DNA of 64,000 nt from Clostridiales bacterium (GCA_017427465.1 JAFRST010000062.1:703-64702); one strand, 5' to 3'; shown: positions 46,586-56,542, counted from the stretch's first letter. Notes: generated by a model not told the origin, from the sequence alone. Translations and numbers: made by a program.

Positions 46586-47833
46586 TTATGCTTCTTCTTC
46601 GTTTTCTTCTGCAGCCTTACGCTTTGTATTTCTTACTGCAAGGAATACGATTCCGCCGACTACTGCAAGACCAACGATGACAATAGGACCAACCTTCATA
46701 AGGACACCCGTAGGAACAGTACCTTCCTTATCATTCGTAAAACCTGTATGGATGTCGGTCGTTATGCTGTCTCCGAATGTTGCGTCATTCAAAGCATCAT
46801 TGCCTGCTGCAGTATCGTCCCAATCAAGAGAAGAATCACCAACGACAATTCCGTCTGATGATGTGTACTCTTCTGCTTCTTCTGTGATCTCATAGCCGTA
46901 GTTCTCGGGGATGCCAAGGATGGTGATGTAATTTCCGTCCTGAAGGTAGAAATCATAGCCGGCCTTGAGCTGGGCGCCTGTCAACTCGGTAATGTCATTT
47001 GCAGCCTTCATGTCAGAAGCTGAATAAATCGTTGCTGCATTTGCCGTAGGTTCTTTAATTGCGTTTGTCATATCTACCGTGTAGACATCGTCATCTCTGA
47101 TAGATGCTCCGGAGAGTGTGACAGTAAACTTGAAGTACTTATCGCGTGAACCCTGGTTGCCCGTTACTTCTTTACCGAATGTAAGAGAGCATGCAGGATA
47201 TGTATTTGCGATACCTGTTGTCTTTCCTGTACCGTCGATGGCATCATCTTCCGTTGTAAGGAGATAGCCTGTGATATCCAGGTGATTGCCTGTGGTATCA
47301 GTAGCATCCTCAACGAAGACATAGAGATATCTCTCTGTTCCATTAACGGCAGCACTGCCTGTACCTGTAAGATCTTCTGTCAGCTTGTAAGCGTAGATAC
47401 CGGGTTCGGTAAAAGCAACTCCCGAGAAATCAAGAGTCATTGTGTCCTTGGCATACTGCTTACCTGCATCAAGAGTCAGATCATCAGAACCCTGAACGGT
47501 TGTGTACGTTGTGCTCTGGGTATCAAACGAAGCCGTAATGGCAGTTGTAGAAGAGCTTGCACCGTTCGTGAAAGTTACACCGTCCGTGATGCCGGCAACT
47601 GTACCCAAAGTATCGTCTGCAGCTACAGATGAGAGCTCGAAGACGAAATCAACATTAGGAACGTTAGTGGTAGTATCCAGGATCAGATACTTGTCGAATG
47701 AGACTGACGGCGCGGTTACCTGACTGATCAAGCCGTCATACTGCTTCTCGGCAGCAAAACCGGCTATGGCGGTAGTTGCTACCATTGCTGTTGTTATCAG
47801 CAAAGCCGATAACATTTTCCAAGTTTTCTTCAT
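46586..47833 (-). CDS. Major (backbone) pilin, VPTG sorting signal
   Basis: Signal peptide; FTEPGIYAYKLTE; KEVTGNQG; FTN..VPTG-TM. Confidence 0.85.
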   Translation of the reverse strand: MKKTWKMLSALLITTAMVATTAIAGFAAEKQYDGLISQVTAPSVSFDKYLILDTTTNVPNVDFVFELSSVAADDTLGTVAGITDGVTFTNGASSSTTAITASFDTQSTTYTTVQGSDDLTLDAGKQYAKDTMTLDFSGVAFTEPGIYAYKLTEDLTGTGSAAVNGTERYLYVFVEDATDTTGNHLDITGYLLTTEDDAIDGTGKTTGIANTYPACSLTFGKEVTGNQGSRDKYFKFTVTLSGASIRDDDVYTVDMTNAIKEPTANAATIYSASDMKAANDITELTGAQLKAGYDFYLQDGNYITILGIPENYGYEITEEAEEYTSSDGIVVGDSSLDWDDTAAGNDALNDATFGDSITTDIHTGFTNDKEGTVPTGVLMKVGPIVIVGLAVVGGIVFLAVRNTKRKAAEENEEEA

Positions 47834-47875
47834 GTGCTTTTCCTCCTATATTTTGAAAAATTTTGGAAAACAATT

Positions 47876-48511
47876 TCAGATTCCCCTTCGCCGAATCACG
47901 AGTATGATCTTTCCTTCGCAATCCCCGAGAGGTATGGCTCCGTATGTTCTGCTGTCCTTAACGTCTTTGCGGAAGTCATTCAATACAAAGACCGTTCCTT
48001 CCTGCACCACATATGGAAAAGATATAAGGGCACCGTCGGCAGTAGTCGGATAAATGACATCTTCCGACAGGCCGAATCCGTTTACCATGACATAGGTATC
48101 GTTGATTGTGATTTCATCTCCGGCCTTGGCAATGATGCGGCCATACCTGACTTCGCCGTTAACCTTGTAGCATATCTCATCACCTGTGTTCAGAGTGCCC
48201 GGTTTGAATGTGATGACAAGATCGCCGTCCTTGATCATGGGGTAGTTTGAATTGCCATGATTAACATGTATCCCGATAACGAAAATGCAAAGGATCAAAA
48301 CAACGGCAACGGTTATCACGATCTTGATCAAAAGTTCGATTGCGTAATCAAGAGCAGTCTTCTTGCGTTTCTTTGTTTTCGCAGCAGACTTGGAAGAAGA
48401 TCCGGTCTCCTTCTTGGAAACTTCAGCCGGAGATTCCAGGATCTCTTCAGCTTCAGCAGAATTCGATTCGTTTTGCTCTATGAATTCAAATGTCACCTTT
48501 TCGTCCGTCAT
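47876..48511 (-). CDS. Signal peptidase I-like protein (SipA/LepA-type pilus chaperone)
   Basis: GNSNYP, RYGRIIA (Gly where the catalytic Lys usually lies), DSRTYG; first gene of the pilus cluster. Confidence 0.85.
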   Translation of the reverse strand: MTDEKVTFEFIEQNESNSAEAEEILESPAEVSKKETGSSSKSAAKTKKRKKTALDYAIELLIKIVITVAVVLILCIFVIGIHVNHGNSNYPMIKDGDLVITFKPGTLNTGDEICYKVNGEVRYGRIIAKAGDEITINDTYVMVNGFGLSEDVIYPTTADGALISFPYVVQEGTVFVLNDFRKDVKDSRTYGAIPLGDCEGKIILVIRRRGI

Positions 48512-48800
48512 TCTTCTCCTTATATACGCGGCGCATACATATATATTCGCGCGTGTGAAACATTGGGGCATAATAACCTATTGTCAATGATACGCATCCG
48601 CTGCATTAAATAAAATTCTCTTGATAAAAAAATCACGCAATTGTCATTCACTCTGCCGTGAAATTGTCATACGCGTAACAAAAATATAAAATAATGATTA
48701 AATGATTATCGACATATACCATTAATCGGCAAAAAACAGCGGCAATAAGGCCGCAAACCCTGCGGTCTGAAAACCGATAAAACTTGAATACGGGTGAGAT

Positions 48801-50096
48801 TTACTCTTCGATATTCACCGTGCGCATATATCTGTTAAGCGCGTATTCGCCGTCATGGCATTCGCCCGGGAAATAAGCGCTCATATTGGCAGCCTTTGTT
48901 ACGCGGACCAGACCGCCCTTGATGAACGCATCTGTCAACTCTTTCCTGTCTTCTTCAGGACAGATAAGGCCTGCGGTCTGGAGATGATATCTTGACTCGT
49001 AGAGGACCCGGCCGATATTCTCGCGCGGCAGGGGCTTAACAAGGACGTTGCACATCATGGGTGATAATTCCAGACGGCTGTCGGAAGCGGGGATCACGCT
49101 TACGCCGCGTCCGCGTATAACATCGCCGGACTTATCTTCATTTCCGAGATAGCCCTTTAAACGCCTTGTATAGGCGCTCAGAGTGTCGCGTGCACGTATG
49201 CCTATCTCTTCTGTCGCATTCTCGTTCGCGGCCTTCTCAAGCAATGGCAGGAAGCGTTGCGCGAATGCGCGTACTTCATTCATGTCGGAAGTATCAAGAT
49301 AAATGATCTGACAGCTGCTGCAAAGAAGCTGCTTGGTGGTCGCGATATGCTTAGCGAGGCCTTCCAATTCACTGATGCTGTCAGGCACTTCAGCAAGCTT
49401 CGAGACATAACAGAATCCGAGCTTTTGACCCCACTCTATTATCTTCACACCTGTAGGCGCGAGACCCCGCACGGCTTCGATCGCCATGTCACTTCCCCAT
49501 ACGCTGACGGCGTTACTGAGTTCTGCCATCTTGCGCATGCCCTGGATATCCGTCGATGCGGTATCGAAAACATAGATAAAGTCCTTAAGTTCAGGCCGGT
49601 ACTCGATGAGCTGCATTATGAGCTTTAACGACAGGCCGTTGTCTGCCGAAGGAAGCTTTAGGATGTTGATGTTGCCTGTCAGAAGGCCCTCTGCGAGTGA
49701 GTATGCGGGAAGGAAATCCATGTTTCCCGCGGAGATGTGGAAGAGCACTCCCAGAGGCACTCTCTTTACCCGTATCTGTGAGAAACCATCGATGTGTTTT
49801 GTGACGTATTCTCCGGTGTCACCAAGCTCTGTCTTAAGCTTCATGTGCAGATGTTCCGGAGACAGGAGCGTCACAGCCTGCTCCTTGTATGACTCTGCGA
49901 CATCCTTGGGAAATTCTGTGAGAAGATCGTCGAATCTTCCTGAGATAGTATCGATGCGGAGTTTGTCGACAGCATCAATAACAACTTCGGGATCGAGCTT
50001 CTTAGTCGCGAGGATAACAGGTATCTTCTCCTCAAGTTCTTTAAGGAGCCTGTCCTGCTCCGAGCTCTCGTATGTCTTGCCGTCGAAAAGGATCAT
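48801..50096 (-). CDS. Acyl-CoA reductase, LuxC family
   Basis: PLGVLFHISAGN; ILKLPS; QLLCSS; coupled to the luxE-like gene. Confidence 0.85.
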   Translation of the reverse strand: MILFDGKTYESSEQDRLLKELEEKIPVILATKKLDPEVVIDAVDKLRIDTISGRFDDLLTEFPKDVAESYKEQAVTLLSPEHLHMKLKTELGDTGEYVTKHIDGFSQIRVKRVPLGVLFHISAGNMDFLPAYSLAEGLLTGNINILKLPSADNGLSLKLIMQLIEYRPELKDFIYVFDTASTDIQGMRKMAELSNAVSVWGSDMAIEAVRGLAPTGVKIIEWGQKLGFCYVSKLAEVPDSISELEGLAKHIATTKQLLCSSCQIIYLDTSDMNEVRAFAQRFLPLLEKAANENATEEIGIRARDTLSAYTRRLKGYLGNEDKSGDVIRGRGVSVIPASDSRLELSPMMCNVLVKPLPRENIGRVLYESRYHLQTAGLICPEEDRKELTDAFIKGGLVRVTKAANMSAYFPGECHDGEYALNRYMRTVNIEE

Positions 50097-51196
50097 ACCT
50101 TCACCCCCTTCAGTATGTCGGCAGCGCCTGCAGCGCATGTCTTGATGTCGTCAGGAGCGACACGCCCGATGATTTCCAGATAAGGCGACTTAACGCCGCA
50201 CGGACATGTCGAACCGTCGTGAAGAACGCCCAGATCGTCAGTCATTATCGATAAGATAGGCGTAGCCCTGCAGAGCGGCGAGATGAGATTTACCAGACCT
50301 GTCTGTCCAAGCTCCAGCGGCTCAAGGGTATCAGGATCGCGGATCACGATATTGCTGTAGACCGGTACGTGGAAATGATGCGCGGGGCAGGCGGTATAAA
50401 GGATCGGGTGCTCGACAGCGCCGTAGAATTCAACGATATTCTCTTCTTCAACGCCGAGCGTTTTCTTAGCAAGCTTATAGAAAGTCTCCTTGTCGGCAGC
50501 CTCTCTGTAGAACTGCTTCCATCCGCCTCCGAGCATGATCTTCGAGCCCTTCGGAAGATTAAAGGCCAGGCCTCTTTCCTCCAGGATCTTAAACAGGAAG
50601 AAGGTGTATGAAGGGAATCCCATGAAGCGCACGGGTGCCTTGCCCTTCTCGTATTTTTTGAGGGCTTCCACTATGCTGTCAAAGTCAGGCTGATAGCCGT
50701 CCTTTGTATGCTTCAGTATGAACCTGCGGCTGATGGCAGGAGCCAGGAACGTAGTGAGATAAGCTGTTTTCGCGACCGCAGTCTTATTGGAACGGTGAGG
50801 CTTATAGCCCATGACGATGTAACGGCAGGGCCTCATTGAGAGGATCCCGTGATATCTCGTGACCTTGATGGACATCTTAAGAGCTGCCCAGAGAGCGCCG
50901 AATTCAAAGCGCACATGACTCATCTTTCCGCTGGTTCCGGATGACGTCGCCATGATCATATAACGGCCCGATTTAAAGTCATGCTGCTTCATGAGCATCG
51001 TCGGAATAACAGGCAGATCTTCCACACGTTTAATGTCTCCGGAAGACTTGATACCAAGACCTGTCGCGATCTTTTTGTAGTCATCGCAATGCGTGATCAG
51101 ATAATCGTAATTTTCTTTACACGCGTCGAAAAACAACTGCGTCTTTCCGCAGTCATAAGGATCCTTACTGGCAAACAGTTTTCTGCGTAGCTTCAT
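50093..51196 (-). CDS. Acyl-protein synthetase, LuxE family
   Basis: TSSGTSG; GGGWK; FYGAVEH; TDDLG. Confidence 0.87.
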   Translation of the reverse strand: MKLRRKLFASKDPYDCGKTQLFFDACKENYDYLITHCDDYKKIATGLGIKSSGDIKRVEDLPVIPTMLMKQHDFKSGRYMIMATSSGTSGKMSHVRFEFGALWAALKMSIKVTRYHGILSMRPCRYIVMGYKPHRSNKTAVAKTAYLTTFLAPAISRRFILKHTKDGYQPDFDSIVEALKKYEKGKAPVRFMGFPSYTFFLFKILEERGLAFNLPKGSKIMLGGGWKQFYREAADKETFYKLAKKTLGVEEENIVEFYGAVEHPILYTACPAHHFHVPVYSNIVIRDPDTLEPLELGQTGLVNLISPLCRATPILSIMTDDLGVLHDGSTCPCGVKSPYLEIIGRVAPDDIKTCAAGAADILKGVKV

Positions 51197-51257
51197 AACT
51201 TAACCCCATCATGTTCAAAGCCCACTCCTCAATACCGACATTATAACATGAGCAAAC

Positions 51258-51282
51258 AAAAACCCCGGACAAATGTCCGGGG
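51258..51282 (-). terminator. Intrinsic terminator
   Basis: CCCCGGACA/TGTCCGGGG plus T-run. Confidence 0.8.
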
Positions 51283-51306
51283 CGAATAATCTTTACCGTA
51301 GCATGA

Positions 51307-51951
51307 TCACATCATCTTTTTGATTATTGCGTCAAACTGTTCCTGAGAGATAACTCCGTCGTCAACCAGCTGCTTGTACTTTCTGATCTCCTCAGCCTTA
51401 TCAACTACAGGAGCGGCAGGCGCTGCGGGAGCTGCTGCAACGGGTGCAACGGGTACTGCTACAGGAGCAGCTGCAGGTGCAGCGGGACCCGTAACGGCGC
51501 CGGAATAAGCAGCGATAAACGCGTTTACATTACTGACGATTTCAGCAGCCTGAAACGATACAAGGGTGAGTGTTCTTCCCGAGAAAACGATCTTAACAAC
51601 ATTTCCGCTCTGCATAGCCGCAGATACCTGGCCGGGCATCATTTCAAACTTCTCATATCCGCAGGAACTTACTATCCTGTCATCGTAGAAAGACAAAACT
51701 CCGTTCTGGGCGACACCTGACATTATCCAAAATGCGATTGCCAGAGCAACTAAAATGAACATGCCTCCAATAAACAGCATTATCTGGGTTTCAGTGAAAA
51801 AACGCCCGAACGAGATAGCCAAAAAAATAGCAGGAATAGTAAGAATGAATAATATCGTTCCTGCCCAGCTCAAGCCTCTTGCTCTGGGGGTTCTCCTCTT
51901 AATTCTATAAGTTGCACGTGGCGCCGCCGTATTGGTATTAGTGTTTATCAT
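51307..51951 (-). CDS. Membrane protein with Ala/Pro linker and C-terminal SHOCT domain
   Basis: Two TM helices; EEIRKYKQLVDDGVISQEQF. Confidence 0.82.
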   Translation of the reverse strand: MINTNTNTAAPRATYRIKRRTPRARGLSWAGTILFILTIPAIFLAISFGRFFTETQIMLFIGGMFILVALAIAFWIMSGVAQNGVLSFYDDRIVSSCGYEKFEMMPGQVSAAMQSGNVVKIVFSGRTLTLVSFQAAEIVSNVNAFIAAYSGAVTGPAAPAAAPVAVPVAPVAAAPAAPAAPVVDKAEEIRKYKQLVDDGVISQEQFDAIIKKMM

Positions 51952-51969
51952 TATATTGTCCTCCAAAAA

Positions 51970-52419
51970 TTAATTATCAAGTTTATTTCCGCAGCTGTAA
52001 CAGAAATTGTTCTCGCCTTTTGTGTATTGGCGGCCGCATTTGCTGCAGAATGCGATCTCATTTCCGACGGCTCCTGCAGGAGGAGTCTGTATGACGGGCA
52101 CAAGATTAGCAGGAACAACAGCAGATGCCACAGGAGCAGCAGCAATCGGTGTCCGTCTGGGGCCGCCTGCTAAAGGAGTAACAGGGGGCAGAGGAGATTT
52201 GCCGGGAGGAGTGACATTAGCAGGCTGACCGTTCGCATTTAGTGCAAATGTCTCACTGTGTCTGAGAGGTTCACGGCACTTGGGACAATATACAAAACCA
52301 TCCGGAAACCACGGCCTGAAGTCGAGATTTTCATCAGTATAATGGATAAGTGCGTGACAATTGCAACAGATCTGCTGATAAGTAAGTCCGCTGTGCCAAA
52401 GAGCTCTTTGAAACGCCAT
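51970..52419 (-). CDS. Double zinc-ribbon protein
   Basis: CCNC..CPKC; FCSKCG..FCYSCG. Confidence 0.8.
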   Translation of the reverse strand: MAFQRALWHSGLTYQQICCNCHALIHYTDENLDFRPWFPDGFVYCPKCREPLRHSETFALNANGQPANVTPPGKSPLPPVTPLAGGPRRTPIAAAPVASAVVPANLVPVIQTPPAGAVGNEIAFCSKCGRQYTKGENNFCYSCGNKLDN

Positions 52420-52675
52420 AGTACAAACCTCCTTTTCGCGAATAATTTATTATACCATTCGACAGCGTGCAGAAAGTTCAAAATGAAGAGTGACCCGATG
52501 TGCTACGGGTCACTCAGGTAAGAAAAATATTGAAGACTACACACTTTGAAACATGGGGGGATGGGAGGTACATGTTTCTTTTCTTGATTGCATTATAAAC
52601 ATCCGATAGGGACAGAAAAGGGACACTATCCGTTTGATCGTCTGATCCGGGAAAAGATGACGGCAGGATACCGGG

Positions 52676-53317
52676 TTAAATCTCAGGTGAGTATGTCCAG
52701 ACAGAATAACGCTGCGGCTCTCTGTGGATAAAAAGCCCTTTGACGAAAAAGATATTGTGGCGCTTCTCGAGGGTCCAGCCGGGACGGTCATTAAGATGAT
52801 ATCCGCTCTGCCCGTCAACATAGTAGTAGAGCCTGATGCTGTGCGTAAGCGTCATCTCAAGAAGATTGATGAACAGCTTGAACGTATCCGTCTCCATCGG
52901 GCGGTACATGAACAGCACATTATAGTCGTTATAATCGAGCCCGAAAGCGTCACCTTCAACAATCTCGACGTTATTATAATTTGCAGTCCAATCCTTGGCC
53001 ACGGAAGCGACTTCCGGATTGATCTCAATGCCGGTTATGCTGCATTGAAAACCGCGGCTCAGTAGATACGCAATGACGCGTCCCTTGCCGCAGCCGATAT
53101 CGACAAATGAATCATTCCTCGCAAGATAAAGTCCCTTCAAAACCTTGCCCAATCCGATATAAGGCGCGGACTGACTGCCGGTCGCGCCATGACTCTCCGC
53201 ATAAGGAGTCGGAACGAAGACCCCGAGCCTCTGCCCGCTGATCTTTTTGTCCTTCATATTATCAATTGCGCAGGAGATCTTATTCGAAAGTAATACAAAA
53301 GGGTTTATCACGTGCAC
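52676..53317 (-). CDS. Class I SAM-dependent methyltransferase
   Basis: FVDIGCGKGR; GIEIN. Confidence 0.85.
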   Translation of the reverse strand: MHVINPFVLLSNKISCAIDNMKDKKISGQRLGVFVPTPYAESHGATGSQSAPYIGLGKVLKGLYLARNDSFVDIGCGKGRVIAYLLSRGFQCSITGIEINPEVASVAKDWTANYNNVEIVEGDAFGLDYNDYNVLFMYRPMETDTFKLFINLLEMTLTHSIRLYYYVDGQSGYHLNDRPGWTLEKRHNIFFVKGLFIHREPQRYSVWTYSPEI

Positions 53318-53340
53318 CTCATATTTATGAATGCGTACTG

Positions 53341-53420
53341 AAATAATGCCTTCCTAAGCCACGAGTTCCGCAGATGCGTAAGCATCGAGGACTGTTCGAA
53401 GTGGCAGGAAGGCATTATTT
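53341..53420. repeat. 80-bp element with perfect 15-bp terminal inverted repeats and a nested hairpin
   Basis: AAATAATGCCTTCCT ... AGGAAGGCATTATTT; inner GATGC-GTAA-GCATC. Confidence 0.7.
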
Positions 53421-54331
53421 CAGAGCCACTTTTTCTTCTTAAAAAACAGCAAGCTTGCCACAACGATCACAACACTCGCGATGATTATCACAGGGTATCC
53501 CCAGTGCCACTCGAGCTCAGGCATGTAGCGGAAGTTCATTCCGTACCAGCCGACAATAAGAGTAAGCGGCATGAAGATCGTCGTAACGACCGTAAGCACC
53601 GTCATAATACGGTTCTGCTTAACGTCCAGGTGCGCTTTGTAAAGGTCGCGGATCTGCATTGTATAATCGCGCAAAGATGTCGATGTATCGTGAAGTCTTG
53701 AAGCGCGGTTTATAAATGTGGAGAAATATCTCAAGTTCTCGGGCTTGAAGAAATTATTCTCGTTCTCCTCGAACTCCTGTGCCAGATCCATGAGCTGCTC
53801 GTAGTGAATACGGAGATAGCGGATATCGCTTCTTATCTCATTCAGACGGCCCGTCGGAAGATCCCCTTCGCCGTCTATAATCGACTTCTCCATGCTATCG
53901 AGTTCGTCCTCATATTTTTCCATAAGTCTTAAGTCATCTTTAACGATCTGATCGAGGAAATCATATAAGAATCTCTCAAGGCTCGGCAGCTTCCACTTCT
54001 TGGTGCGCCGGATGCCTGTGATGATCTCATCGGCCTTGCCGGAATCATCAATAAACACGATTCCCTTCTCGTCCAGAACAAAAGCGAATTTGCTGTCGTC
54101 ACCTGACGGATTCTTTCTGTCGGGAATGGAGAATGAACCGGTAAGCGAGTCGTAGTTTACTTCCGCCTTGGTAAGGAATATCTCCGACATATCCTGCTCG
54201 ATATCAATGCCCAACTCGAAGCTTTCCTTCGTCCTGTTCCACTCTTCATAAGTCAGAACAGCAACGAACTGCTTGCCCTTGATATCCTCTCTGGCAACCT
54301 TCTGCAATGTCTCTTCAATTACGAAAAACAC
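53420..54331 (-). CDS. corA: CorA-family Mg2+/Co2+ transporter (GTG start likely)
   Basis: YGMNF..MPEL signature; two C-terminal TM helices. Confidence 0.9.
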   Translation of the reverse strand: MFFVIEETLQKVAREDIKGKQFVAVLTYEEWNRTKESFELGIDIEQDMSEIFLTKAEVNYDSLTGSFSIPDRKNPSGDDSKFAFVLDEKGIVFIDDSGKADEIITGIRRTKKWKLPSLERFLYDFLDQIVKDDLRLMEKYEDELDSMEKSIIDGEGDLPTGRLNEIRSDIRYLRIHYEQLMDLAQEFEENENNFFKPENLRYFSTFINRASRLHDTSTSLRDYTMQIRDLYKAHLDVKQNRIMTVLTVVTTIFMPLTLIVGWYGMNFRYMPELEWHWGYPVIIIASVVIVVASLLFFKKKKWL

Positions 54332-54493
54332 TTCTGTAACACCCCTCAACTCAGTTTTCGACATTATAACACGCATGTAAGAAATATTTTGGCCGCAAAA
54401 CATATGTTCTTTTGAATTATAATAAGATCGGGTGTTATCCACCGACAAAAGACGGTTACCTCCATCCCTCTTAGGAGAGAGGAGGTGGTGCAA

Positions 54494-54577
54494 ATGAGCA
54501 ACTATGAAATTCTTATTGTGGTTTTCACAGTAATTGCAATTATTGTAGGTATTCTCATTGAGTACATAAAAAAATGA
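54494..54577 (+). CDS. Putative type I toxin, 27-aa hydrophobic peptide MSNYEILIVVFTVIAIIVGILIEYIKK
   Basis: GGAGGT RBS sequestered by upstream ACCTCC; single TM helix with KK tail; convergent antisense promoter. Confidence 0.8.
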   Translation: MSNYEILIVVFTVIAIIVGILIEYIKK

Positions 54578-54652
54578 CCGTCACCCTACCAAAGTTACGG
54601 TCATTATTTTTTCCTAATCTGAGGTAACTGTCTGTGGGTAACACCCATTGAC
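54566..54652 (-). ncRNA. Putative antisense antitoxin RNA (~85 nt)
   Basis: TTGAAA-N16-TATAAT at 54686-54659; ends at hairpin AATGACCGT/ACGGTCATT plus T-run overlapping the toxin 3' end. Confidence 0.65.
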
Positions 54653-54851
54653 AATTCAATTATACAACTTGGGTTACTGTTTTCAAGTTGCGCACATCTT
54701 ATATCATTTTATTGGCCGCAAAAACATGATAAAGCCCGGGCACTAAATACTCGGGCCATTTTTAGGGGGGAGGGGTATGAACACTAACATGTTCTGTCAT
54801 ACGCACTTGATGGTATCTGATCCCATAAAACGCGTCTCTTTATGAAATGAA

Positions 54852-55610
54852 TTACAAGAATACTCTTGCTGCGCTAAAAACGGCAGCAGCTGTCGCACCA
54901 CTTGCAGCCTGCCTTGCTGACTGAGCAGTAAGCTCTGCCTGGAGTTCCATGCGTGTTTTGTGTGCATCATCAAGAAGAACATTAATGGCCTCTTTTATCG
55001 TATCCGCTCTTCCCTGGCGCAATGTGTTTCCGATTAATTCAAGTATCCTCGGATTTGAAAATTCCGCTCCTACAAGGCAAAGCTCACCATAATTGTTGTA
55101 ATAATCAGTAAGTTCTTTGGCCAATAGAATTTGCCTTTCAATACTTTGATTTAATTTCTTTTTTCTGTTAATTACTTCGATTATCCTTAATACAATAACA
55201 AGTGTGCCCAATAAAGCCGGGAGACAAAACACCAAATGCTCTTCTAAACCAAAGCGAGCAATTCCGGATATACCAAAAACACTTAAAACTGCAATGATGG
55301 GTAAATACCCACATGCGCATAGTATTATTCCAATTACAACCGGAGCTATTTTTAGTTTTCTGGTACAGTTATCAATTATTTCACTACACTGATCATATTC
55401 ATCGTATTGAGGTTGCATTGGCGAGAAATACTCGATCATACGAGCTACCTCATTAGCTGACTCGATTCTAGATGAGCGCTGTTGAGATATACTACTGACA
55501 TGCGTTGGTTTCTGAGCCACAATCTTCCTTTTCTCATCGATAGGATTGCCGCAATGCATACAGAACTTCTCGCCGATTTTGATCTCTGAACCACAACCAG
55601 GACAATACAT
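54852..55610 (-). CDS. Zinc-ribbon domain membrane protein
   Basis: MYCPGCG..FCMHCG; two TM helices; GRADTIKEAIN. Confidence 0.82.
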   Translation of the reverse strand: MYCPGCGSEIKIGEKFCMHCGNPIDEKRKIVAQKPTHVSSISQQRSSRIESANEVARMIEYFSPMQPQYDEYDQCSEIIDNCTRKLKIAPVVIGIILCACGYLPIIAVLSVFGISGIARFGLEEHLVFCLPALLGTLVIVLRIIEVINRKKKLNQSIERQILLAKELTDYYNNYGELCLVGAEFSNPRILELIGNTLRQGRADTIKEAINVLLDDAHKTRMELQAELTAQSARQAASGATAAAVFSAARVFL

Positions 55611-55714
55611 AGATACCCTCCTTTCTAAATGGGATCAACCCCATGTAACATTTAATAAACACCTATGGATAGAGTATAGCATATTCAGTTAATATAACCG
55701 CCTTATCGAAAACC

Positions 55715-56542
55715 TCATTCCACAAATCCCACGACCTTCGGACCGACCAGATGACCGTCAACATAACCGGTTCCGTAGCCCCAGACATAGCTGTAGGGAT
55801 ATACGGCATAAAAGTCGCTGTAAAGATCATCGGGATCTACCTGCAATCCGCATGGTTCATAATCACTTACGCTATATGAATGGTATTCCGTTCCATCCAG
55901 AGGCTGGCAGATGTATTCTCTGGTCACATTCACCTGAACAAAATCTCCATCTTCCCATGCAGTACCAAAACCACTGGTAATGTTGCACCCGCTTACAGTA
56001 TAAGTGACTCTTATAACAGCCGGAACAGGTGCCTTCTCCGGGACTTCGGTCGGAGATGGTGAAGGAATCTGTGTTGGAGTTGGTGACGGAATCTGTGTCG
56101 TTGTCGGCGTCACAGTCGGAACAGGAGTATTCGTCGATAAAGGCATGTCAGTCGGCATAGGTGTGCTTGTCACTTTTGGCGTGTCAGTCACTTTAATAGT
56201 TTCCGTCATCTCCTGTGTATCAGCCGGTTTGGTTGAAGGTATCGTTGTAGGATCAGCACCGGCCGGCTGAACGGGCGCGGGATCTGCAACAGAAGTGTTG
56301 GTATGATCCAACACCTTTTCGTCTGGATATACCGTTGAAACCGTTGTCTTATCATCCGTCACTGATGAAACTGAGGGAATTACGTCACTTTCAGTATAAG
56401 CATCACTCAACGTGCCGGTAGTCAGATCGACGATCGTATATAAATGCTTTTTCTGAGCATTTCGCAAGCACAAAATAGAAATTGTGATGAGCATCATGCT
56501 TCCTGCAATTGCAATAATTAATGTTACATTTGACTTTTTCAT
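55715..56542 (-). CDS. Membrane-anchored/secreted protein with Pro/Thr-rich linker (start MKKSNV)
   Basis: AAGGA RBS; N-terminal TM; TPTPT repeats. Confidence 0.78.
   Translation of the reverse strand: MKKSNVTLIIAIAGSMMLITISILCLRNAQKKHLYTIVDLTTGTLSDAYTESDVIPSVSSVTDDKTTVSTVYPDEKVLDHTNTSVADPAPVQPAGADPTTIPSTKPADTQEMTETIKVTDTPKVTSTPMPTDMPLSTNTPVPTVTPTTTQIPSPTPTQIPSPSPTEVPEKAPVPAVIRVTYTVSGCNITSGFGTAWEDGDFVQVNVTREYICQPLDGTEYHSYSVSDYEPCGLQVDPDDLYSDFYAVYPYSYVWGYGTGYVDGHLVGPKVVGFVE

Noticed and set aside
48639-48670. AATTGTCAT direct repeat upstream of the pilus operon as a LytTR site
   Set aside because: Only two 9-mers at 23-nt period in AT-rich DNA and no cognate regulator nearby; too weak
48801-51196. 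Bioluminescence operon
   Set aside because: No luxA, luxB or luxD in the window
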